From: Lama guanicoe
Taxonomy: Eukaryota
Direction: 5' to 3'
Length of the DNA stretch: 64,000 bases
Assembly: GCA_013239625.1 (NCBI GenBank)
Contig: MU053933.1
Location: 2,195,026 to 2,259,025 of the forward strand
Shown here one piece after another: positions 12,406 through 25,274 of the stretch (position 1 is the first letter of the stretch; each line of letters begins with the position of its first letter). The position numbers were made by a program, and so were the translations under genes. The notes beneath the pieces were generated by a model that ran no database searches, was not told the origin of the DNA, and saw only the letters and a list, made by a program, of their open reading frames with translations.

Positions 12406-13011
12406 CTAGGCTGAGTTGGGGACACAGCAGGCCGAGCGGGAGCACCTGGGGCAGCAGAGCAGGGACACGCAGGAGGCCGGGCAGCAGCAGCTGGGCTGGC
12501 AGGAGGGGACAGGGGCACAGCAGGCAGGTCTGCACACGGGGCGGCAGAGCAGGGACACGGAGGAGGAGGGTCTGCAGCAGGACGAGGGGCAGGGGGTGGG
12601 CTCACAGCACACGGGCCTGCAGCAGACAGGTGTGCAGCACACGGGCGTGCAGCTCACAGGCCTGCAGCAGAGGGGCGCATAGCAGTCCTGCTGGCAGGGG
12701 GAGGAGGTGCAGCAGGAGGGCTGGCAGCTAGACTGTGGGCAGCACAAGGCCGTGCAGGAGCTGGTGCAGGCTGATGGGCAGGGGCAGGGCTCACAGCTTG
12801 CTGGGGCACAGAGGAGGCTCAGGCAGGAGGCCGGGGCACAGCAGGGGGGCTCGCAGCAGCGGGGCTCACAGCACGGGGGCTCGCAGCAGCTCTCTGGGCA
12901 GTCGTCCACCTGCCAGGAGGAGCCGGTGCAGGAGTCACAGGGACCGGCCAGGCAGACCCGGCTGCCGTAGCTCAGGTCGCCGGAGCAGGTGGACAGGGCG
13001 GGCGCGGCCAT
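12406..13011 (-). CDS. KRTAP10: KRTAP10 family gene (copy 2, 201 aa), in TSPEAR intron 2
   Basis: Same KRTAP10 N-terminus with two extra CCEPx units and 5 central pentapeptides. TATAAA at 13105-13110; AATAAA at 12138-12143 (minus). Confidence 0.93.
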   Translation of the reverse strand: MAAPALSTCSGDLSYGSRVCLAGPCDSCTGSSWQVDDCPESCCEPPCCEPRCCEPPCCAPASCLSLLCAPASCEPCPCPSACTSSCTALCCPQSSCQPSCCTSSPCQQDCYAPLCCRPVSCTPVCCTPVCCRPVCCEPTPCPSSCCRPSSSVSLLCRPVCRPACCAPVPSCQPSCCCPASCVSLLCCPRCSRSACCVPNSA

Positions 13012-13104
13012 GGTGGGGGCGGTGGGGCTGTAGGAGGGTGAGTGTGTGAGTGAGTGTGAGGGAGGGTGTGAGGGAGTGTGTGTGAAGGGCTGGGGTTGCC
13101 CGCC

Positions 13105-13154
13105 TTTATAGCCCTCTGTGTTGTGTGTTGTGCTTGGTGAAGTCTTTCCTTCCT
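13105..13154 (-). promoter_or_regulatory. KRTAP10 copy 2 core promoter
   Basis: AAGGAAG then GGCTATAAAG on the minus strand, about 95 bp upstream of the ATG. Confidence 0.72.
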
Positions 13155-14269
13155 TGTTGTTGTTTGGAGTGGTGCCGTGCTTGGGCAGCATTGGTCACTG
13201 TAAGTGCCTCTGGCTGGCGAGGCGGGGCTCTGCTGACCTGTGTCTGACCCTGAAGGAAAGCCAGCAGAGCCCCTCTGGATGCCATGGCAGAGACGGCAGC
13301 AGTCGGGCCGCTTTGTGATAGCGACACCCTCTGCTCCCCCGGGAGGGGGCCGCTCTTGCAGGCAACACTTCTACTCCAAAGGAAGGGACCAGGACGGCCA
13401 GTCCCAGAACCTGGGCTTTGAGAGAAGGAGATGTGTTCATGTTGGGCAGGTCCCGACGTGCTCGGCTGGCCTGGTCACGTGGCGGCGTGCACCTTGTGAG
13501 CTGGTGCTGCGGGCTGTCTAGGAGTCAAGGGGGCCTGTGTTTACTAAGGTTGAGCCCGGGGGTGGGCGAGGAAAAGTGTCCTCCTTGGGGGCAGGGACCA
13601 GCCCCCAGAGGGGCAGGGACGCAGACGCAGGCTAGAGCAGTGAGCGTGACCATGGGGGCAAGCGCGTTTTGCTTCACTGCAGCTTCAGCTTTTACAGAAG
13701 CTCCCCTGGACAGAGTCCTAACGCTCACACCTGCCTCCTCCACTCACAGCTCAGTCGGTATCAGGGGACTCCTGCAGCCTCTGGATGCAAATTAGGACAA
13801 GATCTCCTCCCCGAGAATCCTGTCCACAGGCGGAAGGTCACTGAGATATGGTGGCTGTGCCCTGACCCTCTGCTGTCAGCTCCTGGAGTCTGTCACAGTG
13901 AACACTCAGTGGCAGGGCCTGGCTGTCCATGGACCCTGCCAGCTTGGAGTGGCCTCTGCCCCAGTGCTTGGTTTACACCCGTGACTTAGTGAGCACATGA
14001 CGTCTGGCCCTGGCTCCTGGTGTCCTGGCTCTTCAGCCACCATACTCTGCCAAGTCTCTGAGGGGCAAGGGCAGGGACCTTGGTGGTGCTCTGGGCTGAG
14101 GGCTCTGCAAAAGCAGGCCAGGGCTCCACAGGGAACTTGTCGGGGCCAGGGAGCTACAGGTGGAAGCCTCACTGACCTCTGACGGGCGGGGCTGGGGGCT
14201 CTGCTGGAGCACCACGCGGCAGTCAGACTGCAGTGGAGAAATGTTATCTCAAAGAGATCACAGCTTAAA

Positions 14270-14810
14270 ATGGTCCAAATGTGTTGAAAGACTTTAATCG
14301 ACACATCCAGGAAGCTCAATGAACTCCAAATAAGACACATACAAAAAATCCACAATTCCAGTAAAAATGCTGAAAGTCAGAGGCAAGTCGAGAATCTTGA
14401 AAGCAGCAAGAGAAAAACGACGGGTCACTGAAGAGAAGCCCAGCAGAACGAACAGCTCACGTCCCATCAGACACAACGGAGACCGGGGACAGTGCGGCCA
14501 CACAGACAAACTGCTCAAAGCAAAAAGTGCCGATCAAGATCCTAGATCCAACAAAGCTGTTTTTCAAAGTGAAGACAAAATTCATTCTTGAATAAATAGA
14601 AAATGAGAGAATTTGGTATTCACAGCTCACCTTAATAAGACATACTAAAGGGAGTTCTTCAGGCTGAAAGCAAGTAACGCCAGACAGAAACCCTAATCCA
14701 CGGAAGAAAACAAAGGGCACAGTAAAGGCAACTGGGTAATTACAAAGGGCCAGGCAGATGCGTGTTTTCTCTCGTTTCTTCTCTTACTTGATTTAAAATA
14801 ATTTATAAAA
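14270..14810 (+). mobile_element. Degraded L1 ORF1 fragment
   Basis: ORF 14367 translates KSRILKAAREKRRVT, an L1 ORF1p motif; A-rich. Confidence 0.7.
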
Positions 14811-14814
14811 CAAT

Positions 14815-15509
14815 ATATGTATGGAATACAGGACAGAAATTCCTTAAAAAACGAAAAGTAGATTTACCCTATGATCCAGCAATCCCACTCCTAGGCATAC
14901 ATCCAGAGGGAACTCTAATTCAAAAAGACACCTGTACCCCAGTGCTCACAGCAGCACTATTTACAGCAGCCAAGACATGGAAGCAACCTAAATGTCCATC
15001 GACAGATGACTGGATAAAAAAGATGTGGTGTATTTACACAATGGAATACTACTCAGCCATAAAAAAGAATGAAATAATGCCATTTGCAGCCACATGGATG
15101 GACCTGGAGATAATCATTCTAAGTGAAGTCAGCAAGAAAGAGAAAGAAAAATGACATATGTTATCACTCATATGTGGAATCTTAAAAAAGATAAAAGAAG
15201 ACGACACTGGTGAACTTATTTACAAAACAGAAACAGACTCACAGACATAGTAAACAATCTCATGGTTACGGGCAGGAAAGGTGGGTGGGATGGGATAAAT
15301 TGGGAGTTTGAGGTTTGCAAACATTAACTAGTATATACAAAATAAACAACAAGTTTCTTCCGTAGAGCACAGGGATCTGTATTCAGTATCTTGCAGTGAC
15401 CTACAAGGAAAAAGAATCTGAAAAGGAATAGATGTCTGTATATGTCTGACTGAAACATGCTGTACACCAGAAACTGACAGACTGTAACTGAGTCTACTTC
15501 AGTAGAACG
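14815..15509 (+). mobile_element. 5'-truncated lineage-specific L1 (ORF2 end + 3' UTR) nested in older L1
   Basis: ORF 14942 [25 protein letters not shown]...MPFAATWMDLE is the L1 ORF2 C-terminus. AAACAAT on both flanks (14808, 15510) is a candidate TSD. Confidence 0.85.
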
Positions 15510-16189
15510 AAACAATGTCAAGTATAAAACAATTGTAATGAATAATCTATAGAAATGTAATACATCTGACAGCATACGCACAAGCAGGGCCACGGGAGCA
15601 AAGCTGTGCTGCACAGAGAAATGCCACAGATGGTAACTCGGATGCACGCGGGAGTGGAGGGAACCAGAAACAGTAAAAAGGTTAGGGTAACAAAAGCTAT
15701 AAATACACGCTTACTTTCCCTTCTTCTCTAGGCTTCTTAAAAGTCATCAAAACATATTAAGTAATAATTATAACAGTATTGTTGGATGTTTAACATTTTA
15801 AGATGTAATTTTGTAACATCAAGACCACAGAAAGGACAGGAAGGAATGGCGATGCATAAAAAAGGAGCCACATTTCATACGTCACTGTAATTGAATTAGT
15901 ACAAGCCGGAAGTTATTCCGATAAGTTAAAGTAAGCATGTGGTGGGCCCTAGAGCAAACATTCAGGGAAAACTTAAAGCTATGGTAAAAAAAACATCATT
16001 AAAGAAATAAAACCGCTACCGTGGAAGATAGTCACTAAATGCAAAAGAAAGGAGGACGAGAGGGACAGCTACAGAAAGGTGGGAGACACAGGAAACGAAA
16101 GGATGAACCACAGGTGTAAATCCAGCCAAAGGTAATACTCGTTATTACGCTGTGTTACGTGCCCGCAAGCACTGAGTTAGCAAACACTG

Positions 16190-16600
16190 GACCGTCGCTC
16201 CTAAGGGAGGTAAAGACTTAGCTCCCATGAGCCTCTGGTCTCACGTTTGTCAGCTAACGCATACAGAACCCTGTTTGTGTGTGTCTAGGGAAAATGCACT
16301 GTGTTTTCCTTTACTCTCACACATCGTGCTTCCGACACCAGACACGTGGGCTTTCCCCTCCCCAGCAAATTCTCTGACCAACCAGAGGGGTGTGTACAAG
16401 TCAGTTCGGTTCTGCCCCTAAGCAGAGTTGGTGCAGACCTGGCAGGTTAGGTCTCGGTCCCACGAGACTGCCCACCACTTCAGATGCCAAAGGCAAGTAG
16501 CAGGTCCCCAAGATACCCACAACTTCTGCCTGACTTGCTTGCCAGCTGGAGGTTCTCGTGACCCCCTTCTCAGCTTGCACAGTTTGCTACAGGAGCTTGC
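16190..16600. mobile_element. MER21-like LTR fragment
   Basis: ttccgacaccaga...ggtcccacgagactgcccaccacttcagatgccaa motif. Family from memory. Confidence 0.5.
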
Positions 16601-16619
16601 AGACCCAGAGAAATGGTCT

Positions 16620-17035
16620 CCAGAACCCCCACCAGCAGCACAAGGATATTCCTCTTCAGAAGTGCAGGTGGGACGTTCTCTAGGGGAGAACCTTTGCTGA
16701 GACGTAAAACAAACCTTGGTACGTTAAAAAGGATAGAAATAACACAGAGTGTGTTCTCTGACCACAATGGAATGAAATCAGAAATTCATAACAGGAAAAA
16801 ATTCAGGAAACTCACAAATACGTGGAAACTAAACAATACACTCCTAAGTAACCAAGTAGTCAAGGGCACCAAAGGGGAGTTATTAAATCCTTTGGGAGTA
16901 ATGAAAACAGAGATCAAAACACCAGAACCCATGGGTGCAGCCAGAGTGCTTCTTAGAGAGGAATTTATAGCTGCTAAGTCTCTATATTAAGAAGAAGAAA
17001 GGTCTCAAATTAATACCCCAGTCTTCCACTTTAAT
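16620..17035 (+). mobile_element. L1 ORF2 endonuclease-region fragment
   Basis: IEITQSVFSDHNGMKSEI...TNTWKLNNTLL, including the L1 EN SDH motif. Confidence 0.8.
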
Positions 17036-18005
17036 TAATAACAAGCAGTTGTGTCCAGCACCGCCAACCGGTGTGCGCAGCCCCGACCACGGCCCGCTTC
17101 AGCACGTGCTCATCGCTGACTTGCGTCCTTCGTGTGTGTGTGAGTTGCATGTACGTGACTCGTGTCTCAGTACACCTGCTACGAAGCCACTGGGCATGAC
17201 AGGCGATGAAGAGCCGAAGCGTGCAGGGGGGGCTGTGCTTCCGGTGACCCCCAGGTTGGGGTCTTGTTCAAGAAAGGAGGTGACAGGACACAGACTTTAA
17301 CCTGAGAGCTAGAATTTACAGAGAGAAAGAAGAAAATGGAAATTATAGAACTGAAAATTCAATGACTGGAGTTGGAAGCTCAGCAGCCAGACTGGAGGGA
17401 AGGAAAGGAGAGGTGGTTCGCGAGCAGAAGTCCCAGGATGGAATCCGTCAGGACGGGATCCAGATGACAGGAACCCAGCAGGGAGCATCACGGCTGGGGG
17501 TGAATCGAGGATCCTGACTTGGAGAGGTACGGACGTGCTGCACGTCTATGAAGTGCCCTGTCCTGGAACCCGGGGGGAGACCTGCAGGGGTGCCTCTGTC
17601 CTTGCAGGGGAGTGGGGAGTGTCAGCTGGACCTGGGGCGGACAGGACTGTCAGCCACAGCTAAACAGACCCCAGACGGGTATGTTTCTGTTACTTCGATT
17701 ACATTTCCTGTTAAAGGATGTCCCTAAAAACTCCGAGCATGATCCCCAGCCTTTGACAGTTTAGCACACTGGAAAATTGTAATTGCTGGAACTACCAGTC
17801 CAAACCCCTGGCCAGGGGTCACACGGGCCCTGCCCCCACACTCGCAGGGTGGGGACCTCACCACCTGCCGAGGCCGGCCGCTCTCGCCCCTTGACCGGTG
17901 CGGTGCCGCCCTCGGGGTCAGCCGTGCCCTCCACACGCTCGAGCACTGAGACCACAGAGGAACGTGGGAGGGACGCCCCCAGGGAGGGCGGGCAGGGCCA
18001 CTGAC

Positions 18006-18226
18006 CTTAGGGGGAAGACTCGGAGCTTTCAAGGTCACGACGATGGAGAACTCTTCAGGGAAGAAGTCGCATCTGAAGAAGACCCTCGACGCAGGGAAGC
18101 TGAGGGCGCGGGGGGCAGCGGCCAGCAGCTGGAGTCCTCGCGCGCCCTGGACCTGCACCACCCTGATCCTGGCCGCAGCGCCATCCGGAGGGACCGCCTC
18201 TGCCAGGATGTCCAGCGGCCGCAGGT
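18006..18226 (-). CDS. TSPEAR: TSPEAR coding exon 2 (221 bp)
   Basis: cacAG|AC CTG CGG CCG CTG GAC... = [79 protein letters not shown]. Phase 0 end fits exon 3. Confidence 0.96.
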
Positions 18227-18744
18227 CTGTGTCGAGGAAACCACAGGTGGGTTATGTCTCCGGGGTGGCCGCCATGGGTGTGTCGGGCCCTGGCCCCAGC
18301 ATTTCACAGCGGCCTCGCGGGAGCCCCTGGGAGCTGGGGGCCAAGACTCCCCCACCTACTCAGCGAGGACGCCAGGACTTGGCCGCCCACGTGGGCCTGC
18401 CTGCTGCCCCTCCTCCCCAGCCCTCCCCCACCCACCCCCTGGGCTTCGCACATTCCCCGTCGCTGGGGTTTCAGGTGCACCGCCAGGCCCTGTGCTGGGT
18501 GTGCGGGAGCAGCCCGTCCCTGGGACACGTGTCCGGGGGAAGGTGGTGGTGGGCGAGGCCCTGCGCAGTCGCTGCACACGCTAACTTCCCTGGTTTCCTG
18601 CTTAATCCCGGGAGAATTCGTTCCTCACTTTCTTGGGGCGGGAGGGACACCCACATACTGTGCCTTGTTTGCAAACTCTGTGTGAGGGAGGGTTAAAAAA
18701 TCCCTTCTGAGGAATTACAAAAGAAAAAGGCAAAGAAAGCAAGC

Positions 18745-20100
18745 AAGGCTCGCACACGTGACGCGCCGGGGTCTGGGACGCGACACGCACGCCCTCCCCG
18801 CCCCGAGCCGGCGGGTCTGCGCCGCGTCCCGGAGCTGCTGGCTCCGCCCTGGCACCTGCGCGGCCTCCCCCACACGTAGTAGTGGAGCAGCCAGGCCCCT
18901 GCTCTGAGGTTCAAGGTCATCAGAAACAAACCGCCCCTGAGGCCAGATGACAGGAAAGGAGAGTGCGGAGCCCGGGGAGCATCGGTGACTCGCGGTGGGG
19001 GCGCAGCCACGGGAGGGAAGCGCCGGCTCGGAGCAGAGCCTGCGGCCGCCCCTTGGACCCCTCCAGACCTGCCACCACCACGGTCAGGCCGTGCCCCGGG
19101 GAAATGACGGGCACGTGTGAATGAAACCGCCATCCCCCGGGGCTGTCTCCCTCGGGGCCTGGCGGTCCTGCCCAGGGGCCCGGAGCCCGCGGTCAGCGCG
19201 CCACCGGGGCGGTCAGCAAGGCCAGCGGGGCCGCGCCGCCACCGCGCTCCACCGCGCGGCCAGCAGGTGGCGCTGCTGCGCCCGGGGCCGGCGCGTCGCA
19301 CCCCGGCGGATGGAGCCGAGACAGGGACCGAATTTAGGAAGGAAAAACGGTTTCCCCGAAACAGGAGTTCAGGGAAAGACACTGAGTTCCAAGGAGCGAG
19401 GAGGAGCCGGCAGCTCAAGGTCAGAGTGGAAACGGGAGGGCAAGGTCAGTGGGCAGAGGGCCCAGGGCAGCCCTGGGAGGCGCGGGCCCAGGTCGAGGGG
19501 ACAGAGGGGTTCGTGTCCAGGACACGTGGCCAACGTGGGAGAGTGGGCGGGCTGGGCCCGGGCTCCAGGCCGGAGTGCCCGCCGGCGCCCTCCCGGCGCC
19601 CAGCGCGCTGCGGAGTGTGTGCGGGGCTCGGGCAGGGATGCTGCCGGCTGCCTGTGCCCCGGGAGGCGCCCGCAGGGTGCGGCCGGCCGAGCGCGCGCGG
19701 AGCTGGACGCCGGCCCGAGGCTCACACCGGCCGGGGGAGCGTCGGGGACTCAGGGACGAGCGGCCTGAGCAGTGTCGGGGAGCACGCCGTGCGCTGCCCT
19801 CCGCGGGCCCGCTGTGAGTTCGTGTGGTCGCTGACGCCGCTGAAAGCCACGAGCAGAGGGCGAGCGGGCGGCAGGCCTCCGCTGCAGCTAAACCGAGCAG
19901 CCCAGGCTCTGAACTCTGACGCCCCTGCACGTCCAGGGCGGGACGTCCTGGAGGCCGCCGTGTGTGTCCCGGGGGCGGGGTCCAGATCCACGCCCCTGCG
20001 GGGTCTGGCGTCTGGGGGTGGGAGCGTGGTCTGTGCTCGGGAGCGGACCCTGCCCCAAGCCTTGGGCTGGCCGTTCCGGGAGATGGGGGGTGGGGGGCGT
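18745..20100. promoter_or_regulatory. CpG island in TSPEAR intron 1
   Basis: Very GC- and CpG-dense for more than 1 kb by eye, with GC boxes; edges approximate. Confidence 0.75.
19258..19275 (+). promoter_or_regulatory. CTCF consensus motif
   Basis: GGCCAGCAGGTGGCGCTG fits the CCASYAGRKGGCRS core exactly. Confidence 0.65.
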
Positions 20101-23100
20101 GATTCCTTGACCTGTGGAGCTGTGCCTGGGTGGGGTCCCTGGAGAGCACGGCTCTAAGTAAGTGCCGCCTATTCGAAGTTCACCCCAAAGTTGAGACACA
20201 CACACAGGGTGCACGGGCCCTGTCTGGCAGTGGGCCTGCCGGCTCGGTTTTAGCTGCGGCCACACCAGGGTCTGGCCCCTCTGCGAGGCAGGCCGCCCGG
20301 TTCCCGGGACATGCCTCAGCCTGGCCTGGCCCCAGGCACAGGCAACTGGGGGTACCCCAAATTCAGCTAATCCTGTGTGAGCCTCTCCCTCCATTGTTTA
20401 ACTAAAATAGCCTCTTCCTGGTCCCACCCCTCCCGCCCTAACCAGCGCAGGCGGGGCAGTCTCTGCTTCGACAGGCACTCCGCCCATGCGGACTCGCCCC
20501 ATTGGTGCCTTGTCCACATGCTGAGCAGGGGTTTTTCCAGGTTAACGGGGCGGTGAGGTTGTCCCTTCTTGGGGAAGTCCCGCTGGGTGCAGGCGTGAGT
20601 GAGTGACCGTGTTCACAAAGGCCCCAGCTGTCTCAGGACACTCAGATGCGCACGTGATAAACTCCCACAAATTAACTCTGATCCAGGGGAGACACATTCA
20701 CTAGCACCTGCTGGACTCACGCTGAGAGTCTGAACAGACAGATGGACAATGGCCAGGCCGGATATCTGAAGCCAGAGATGTCTGACCTACAACCTCGGCA
20801 GACACCAGCCCAGGACAGCCAGAACCTGGCCCATGACCCCCAGCTTCCCTAATTCTTTGTCCCTACTTCTAAGTTAGGACCAAGTGGAGAAAACCCGATG
20901 TGTCCCCGAACCCATCACACCGGACGCCCCCTTCCAGTCAGCTACCCCCAGCGTCCCCACGCACCAGGCTCCATCAGGCGACACCTGGGCCTCCTTCTCC
21001 CCTTGAAGCCATGCCCATCTGAGTCTCTGCCAAACCCAGGTGAGGGTGGCGGAGCCCCTGCCACAGCCAGTGTGGAAGAAACAGCCTGTGTTCATGCCCA
21101 TGTGGGAAGTGATCATTTATTCCACAAAGTCTTATGAAACGGCAGTTTCTGAAATGGATTGTGGTTGCCCTCGGGTGCTGATAATTTAGCAGAGAGGACG
21201 TGGTAGCCACAGAGAGATGAACCCCAAGCTGGCGACATGCGTGGTCCTCAACTAGACCCCGGCACCTTAAGATCTGGCCCCAGACCGACTTGCTGCACCC
21301 CTCTGAGCCTCAGTCTCCTCACCTGTGAAATGGGAGGGTGGTGACTGTCCCGTCAGGGCCTCAACTGAGCTGGAGAAAGAGCTGAGCCCCCAGGCATCAC
21401 AGGAGCCGACCACAGCAGAGGCCAAGCAGAGAAGTGAAGGCCCTAATCCCGCACTGCGGTGGTGTGAGCGAGACCCCATCCTCCCCACGGAAGGGCACCT
21501 GCGGGGGTCATACCTGGGAGCCCAGGGCAAGAGCAGTTTGATGAGCCCTGGGGCCGGGGGAGGGTGGGAGGAAGGGCTGGGAGTGGAGAAGGCCTCTTCA
21601 CAAGGAGGCCTGAGAGGAGGCTCCAGGGCCGGGAGTGCAGCCGTGCATGGGGCTGGTGGGCCTGAGACCCTGATGCATGCCCCTCGGGACGGCAGTGCCC
21701 TGGCTGTGCCCCAAGCTGGGGTGGGGCCACTTCCCCGTGGGCCTGCGGGGAGCCCTCACCTGTGGGCAGGCCTGCTCCATCATGCGTAGGATTTTTGGCG
21801 GGGAGCCAGGCTCCTTGTGCCCCAGAGTAGGTCCTGCAGGGGCTCTCTGCGCTGGGGCCTGTGAAGACCGAGGTTATAAGGGAGGGGCCGACTGTGTGTG
21901 AACCACAGCCCGCAGCCAGATGGACACCAGCCAGCTTCACACGGGCTCTGGGGTGGGCCCCTCCACTGGGAGTCGGTGGGGAGAGTGAGCCATGGCCAAT
22001 AAAATCCTTTTTACTCTGGATTTTGTTGAGTTCATTGGGTGCCCAGGGACCAGGGCTGCCCTGGGGGCATTATAAGGGATGACACTGCTGTAGTAAAAGA
22101 ACAGTCCAGTTTGGGCCCAAGAAGAGGCAGGTGGACCGTGATGGGGAGATCCGAGAGCTCAGAGACCCACAGGTAAGCAGGCTGACACGTGGTCCAGGCA
22201 CCGTGCAGATCAGTGGATGGTGATGGGAGAAATGGGCTTTGGTGGGGAGAAATGCCAGGCTGAATTCCTCCCTGAGCAGGACACGTGTCATCACCCCCAG
22301 GCGGCGTGGAAGGTGAAAATTCCAAGTTAGAGGGAGGACTAGGGGCTGTCTTTATGGCCTGGGGTTAAGGAAGATTTCTCAGCTGGGACACACCATCAGA
22401 AAGAAGCTGGCACATTTGCTCACATCAAAACAAGAATTTCCACTCCAGAAAGGACACCGTGGGCTGTGCTGTGGTCGCAGGACAGAGCAGGAAAGGGGTC
22501 TGCATTCCACAAACTGACAAGGGGTTGACGCCCAGAACAGCGGTAAGGAGAAACTGAGGACGATCCTTACCCTCAAAGCAGGCGACCTAAGAGAGGAGCA
22601 AGCCAGACGCGGCCAGAGCCAAACGCGGCCAGAGCCAAGGCTAACACAGCAGAGAAATACACAGTAAAACAGCGACGAGCTATCCCTTCTCGCCCCTTCC
22701 ACTGGTTAAAAAAGGAAAAAGAAAATAAAAAAGCAACGATGGAGCGTGCACGGGAAACCGACCCCTGCCTCCCTCGTGCTCGGACTGCCTACCTTCACTT
22801 GTTTTAAAGGCAATCAGGGGTGTGGAGTTAGGCTGGGCCGCTGGGCTTTGACCGGGCCCGGGGCTCTCTGGGCTGGAGCGTGGGCAGTCCACGGGATAGC
22901 CACAGCCCGGAAGCCAAAGACCACGTGAGACCGGGCCACGGAGGCCGCGGGGGAGGCACGGAATGTCACACCCCAGCAACGACCAGCAAACGTAACGGTG
23001 CTCCCAGGCCGCTCACACACATGGATGCTTTGAAGTCTGCACACGTCTATCGCCCCCGGTGTCCTCCAAAGTCTGCTTTGGCCCCTGGGAGTCAAGGGTT

Positions 23101-24644
23101 CGCAAAATGTGTGACATTTCCAAAGGGCCAAGCAGAGAGGACGGAGAGGACAGTGAGGACCGTGGCCTTGGCGCCCAGCTGCCCCGGGCTCCGCCGGGTC
23201 CCCCAGCCCCTGCACCTGCCCCCTTGGAGGCGCCGTCTCTCCATCAGCAGTAGGAGATGGACCCCCTTCCTTGCGGGGGTGCGGGAGGGACTGGGAATGC
23301 TGTGGGGCAGACAGAAGGTGCTCCCCAAGGCAGACTGCATCGCACCTCGGTTGAAGACGGACTCCCCGAACCTGACACGCGGTCAGCCCTGTGCTGGGCC
23401 ACTTTTTAGATCAGTGTTTGACCTCCCACCTGAGTTCGTCGGAGGATGTGTGTTTACACAAGAAGGCAGATGCCGGGGTGGCCAAGTAGGTCTCTTAAGT
23501 AAGAGCCCTGCGGCTCGAGAACACCTGGCGTTAAGCTCACTTTACATGGGCAGGCAGCGTCCGGGACGCCCCCATCAGCGGGCGCAGCGGAGGCCCCGTG
23601 CAGCGCGGGAGCGGATCCGCCTCCCGGCCCCACGCCGGCTGCTCCAAACCCGAACCTTCCTGTCTCACTTTTCTTGAATGTTGTCTGTTGGGTCCAGCAA
23701 CCGCCCGGCCTCGCCGGGCGTGTGGACATTCAGGAGATGAGAGACAGCACTCCTGTCATGGCGGGGCTGGCATGGGGACAAGGGGATTTGGACAGGATGC
23801 TCTGCTGCCTGCAGGGTCCCACCCAGGGAAGTCATCTCCACTGATCCCAAATGCCTCCTCCCAGTCTTCTGCCAGGAGCAGATGTGGGCGAGGTGAGGAT
23901 GGAGGGGCAGCCCCCGCCCCAGGGGACCTTTGTGATAAAACACTTCTGCCAGGTGTGATTAGCCTGCAGACAGCCAGCCTCCCCTCATCTTACATCCTCC
24001 TGGCGAGTGAAGACATGAACAGAGTCTGATGACTCGGCCGCCATGGCCTTAGGCTGCAGGAGGTGGAAGTCCAAACACTCAGAGGCTCGGCTGCCTTCAA
24101 ACCCAGCTACGTGCACGTCTTCCTGACGCTGTGACCCTTCAGACTTGTGTATGAATCAGGAGTCATGGGATCGGAGCGAAAGGGGCCGTGGAGAAGGGCC
24201 CATTCAAAGCCTCCAGTCATAGACCAGGACGGTCGGCACAGAGAGGACTTGTAGGTGCAACTAAAAGGGCAGGAAGGGGTGGATACTAAGGGCTCCCAAG
24301 GAAAAGAAAAAAGGTCCTGAATCAACCATCCATCTAAGCTCCGACTGCAGAACTTTGCAGAAGGAGAGCAAAGGAAACCCACAGAGAGCAGACGGGAGGA
24401 CGTGGGGGCCATTGAAACAAAAGCTGGTTCTTTGAGAAGATCAATAAAATTGATGACCTTCTAGGCAGACTGGCCAGGGAGAAAAACAAGAAGAAACAAG
24501 TTACCAACGTCAAGGACAGAAAAATGGGACATCACTGAACATTTTTCAGAAATTAAAAGGATAACGAGGGGCTCTACAAACATCACCACACCCGTGCAAT
24601 CACGACCTTAGATGGAACGGGCCTCCTCCCTGATGGGCGCAAAC

Positions 24645-25274
24645 TGGGATCCAGCAGGACCCCAGGGGGCCTTCCCAGGACAGCCACCCCCCCCCGCCCC
24701 TCCCTGTCCTCCGCCTGCCTCTTGTTTGTAGAAGAACTTCAGCCTCCCGGGCTTCCCTGAGTTCTAAAGAATAAAGTTAATCAGAGAAGTGAGAAAATGC
24801 AAAAGCAAGAAAAACCATCAAGCACGACAAAATAACAGTTTAGCCGTTAAACAAAGTCAAGGACTTTCCAGGGGTAGAGAGAATATTCTGAGCCGTGTCC
24901 TCCTTCGGGCTGTTTTGCAGCTACTGAAGCCCCTGCCAGGTGGAGGAAGCTGACTGCACGCTGCCCCCCGGCACGCAGACCCCAGACCAGCTGGACCCAG
25001 AAGGGGGATGATGCTGACTCCTGAGGACCTCACCACCCGCCAGTCAGAAGGATGTCCACGAGCTGATCATGCACCATAGCCGCCCCACCCCACCCCCACC
25101 CTGTCTTTAAAAACCTCCCCCTGAAAGCCTTCGGGAGCTCGGGCCTTTTGAGCACTAGCTGCCCATTCTCCTCGCTGGGCGCCTGCAGTAAACACTGTGC
25201 TTTCCTCCACCACCACCTGGGATCGGTAGGTTGGCTTCACTGCACGGGGGCAAGCGGACCCGAGTTTGGTAACA
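24645..25274 (+). mobile_element. ERV1-type solo LTR (630 bp) inserted in an L1
   Basis: TG...CA ends, 4-bp TSD AAAC (24641-24644 and 25275-25278), TTTAAAA box and AGTAAA signal. L1 ORF2-like sequence continues on both sides. Confidence 0.8.

Noticed and set aside
19117..20157. 346-aa ORF and overlapping long ORFs
   Set aside because: Expected in a stop-poor CpG island; Arg/Gly/Pro/Ala low complexity with no recognisable domain.
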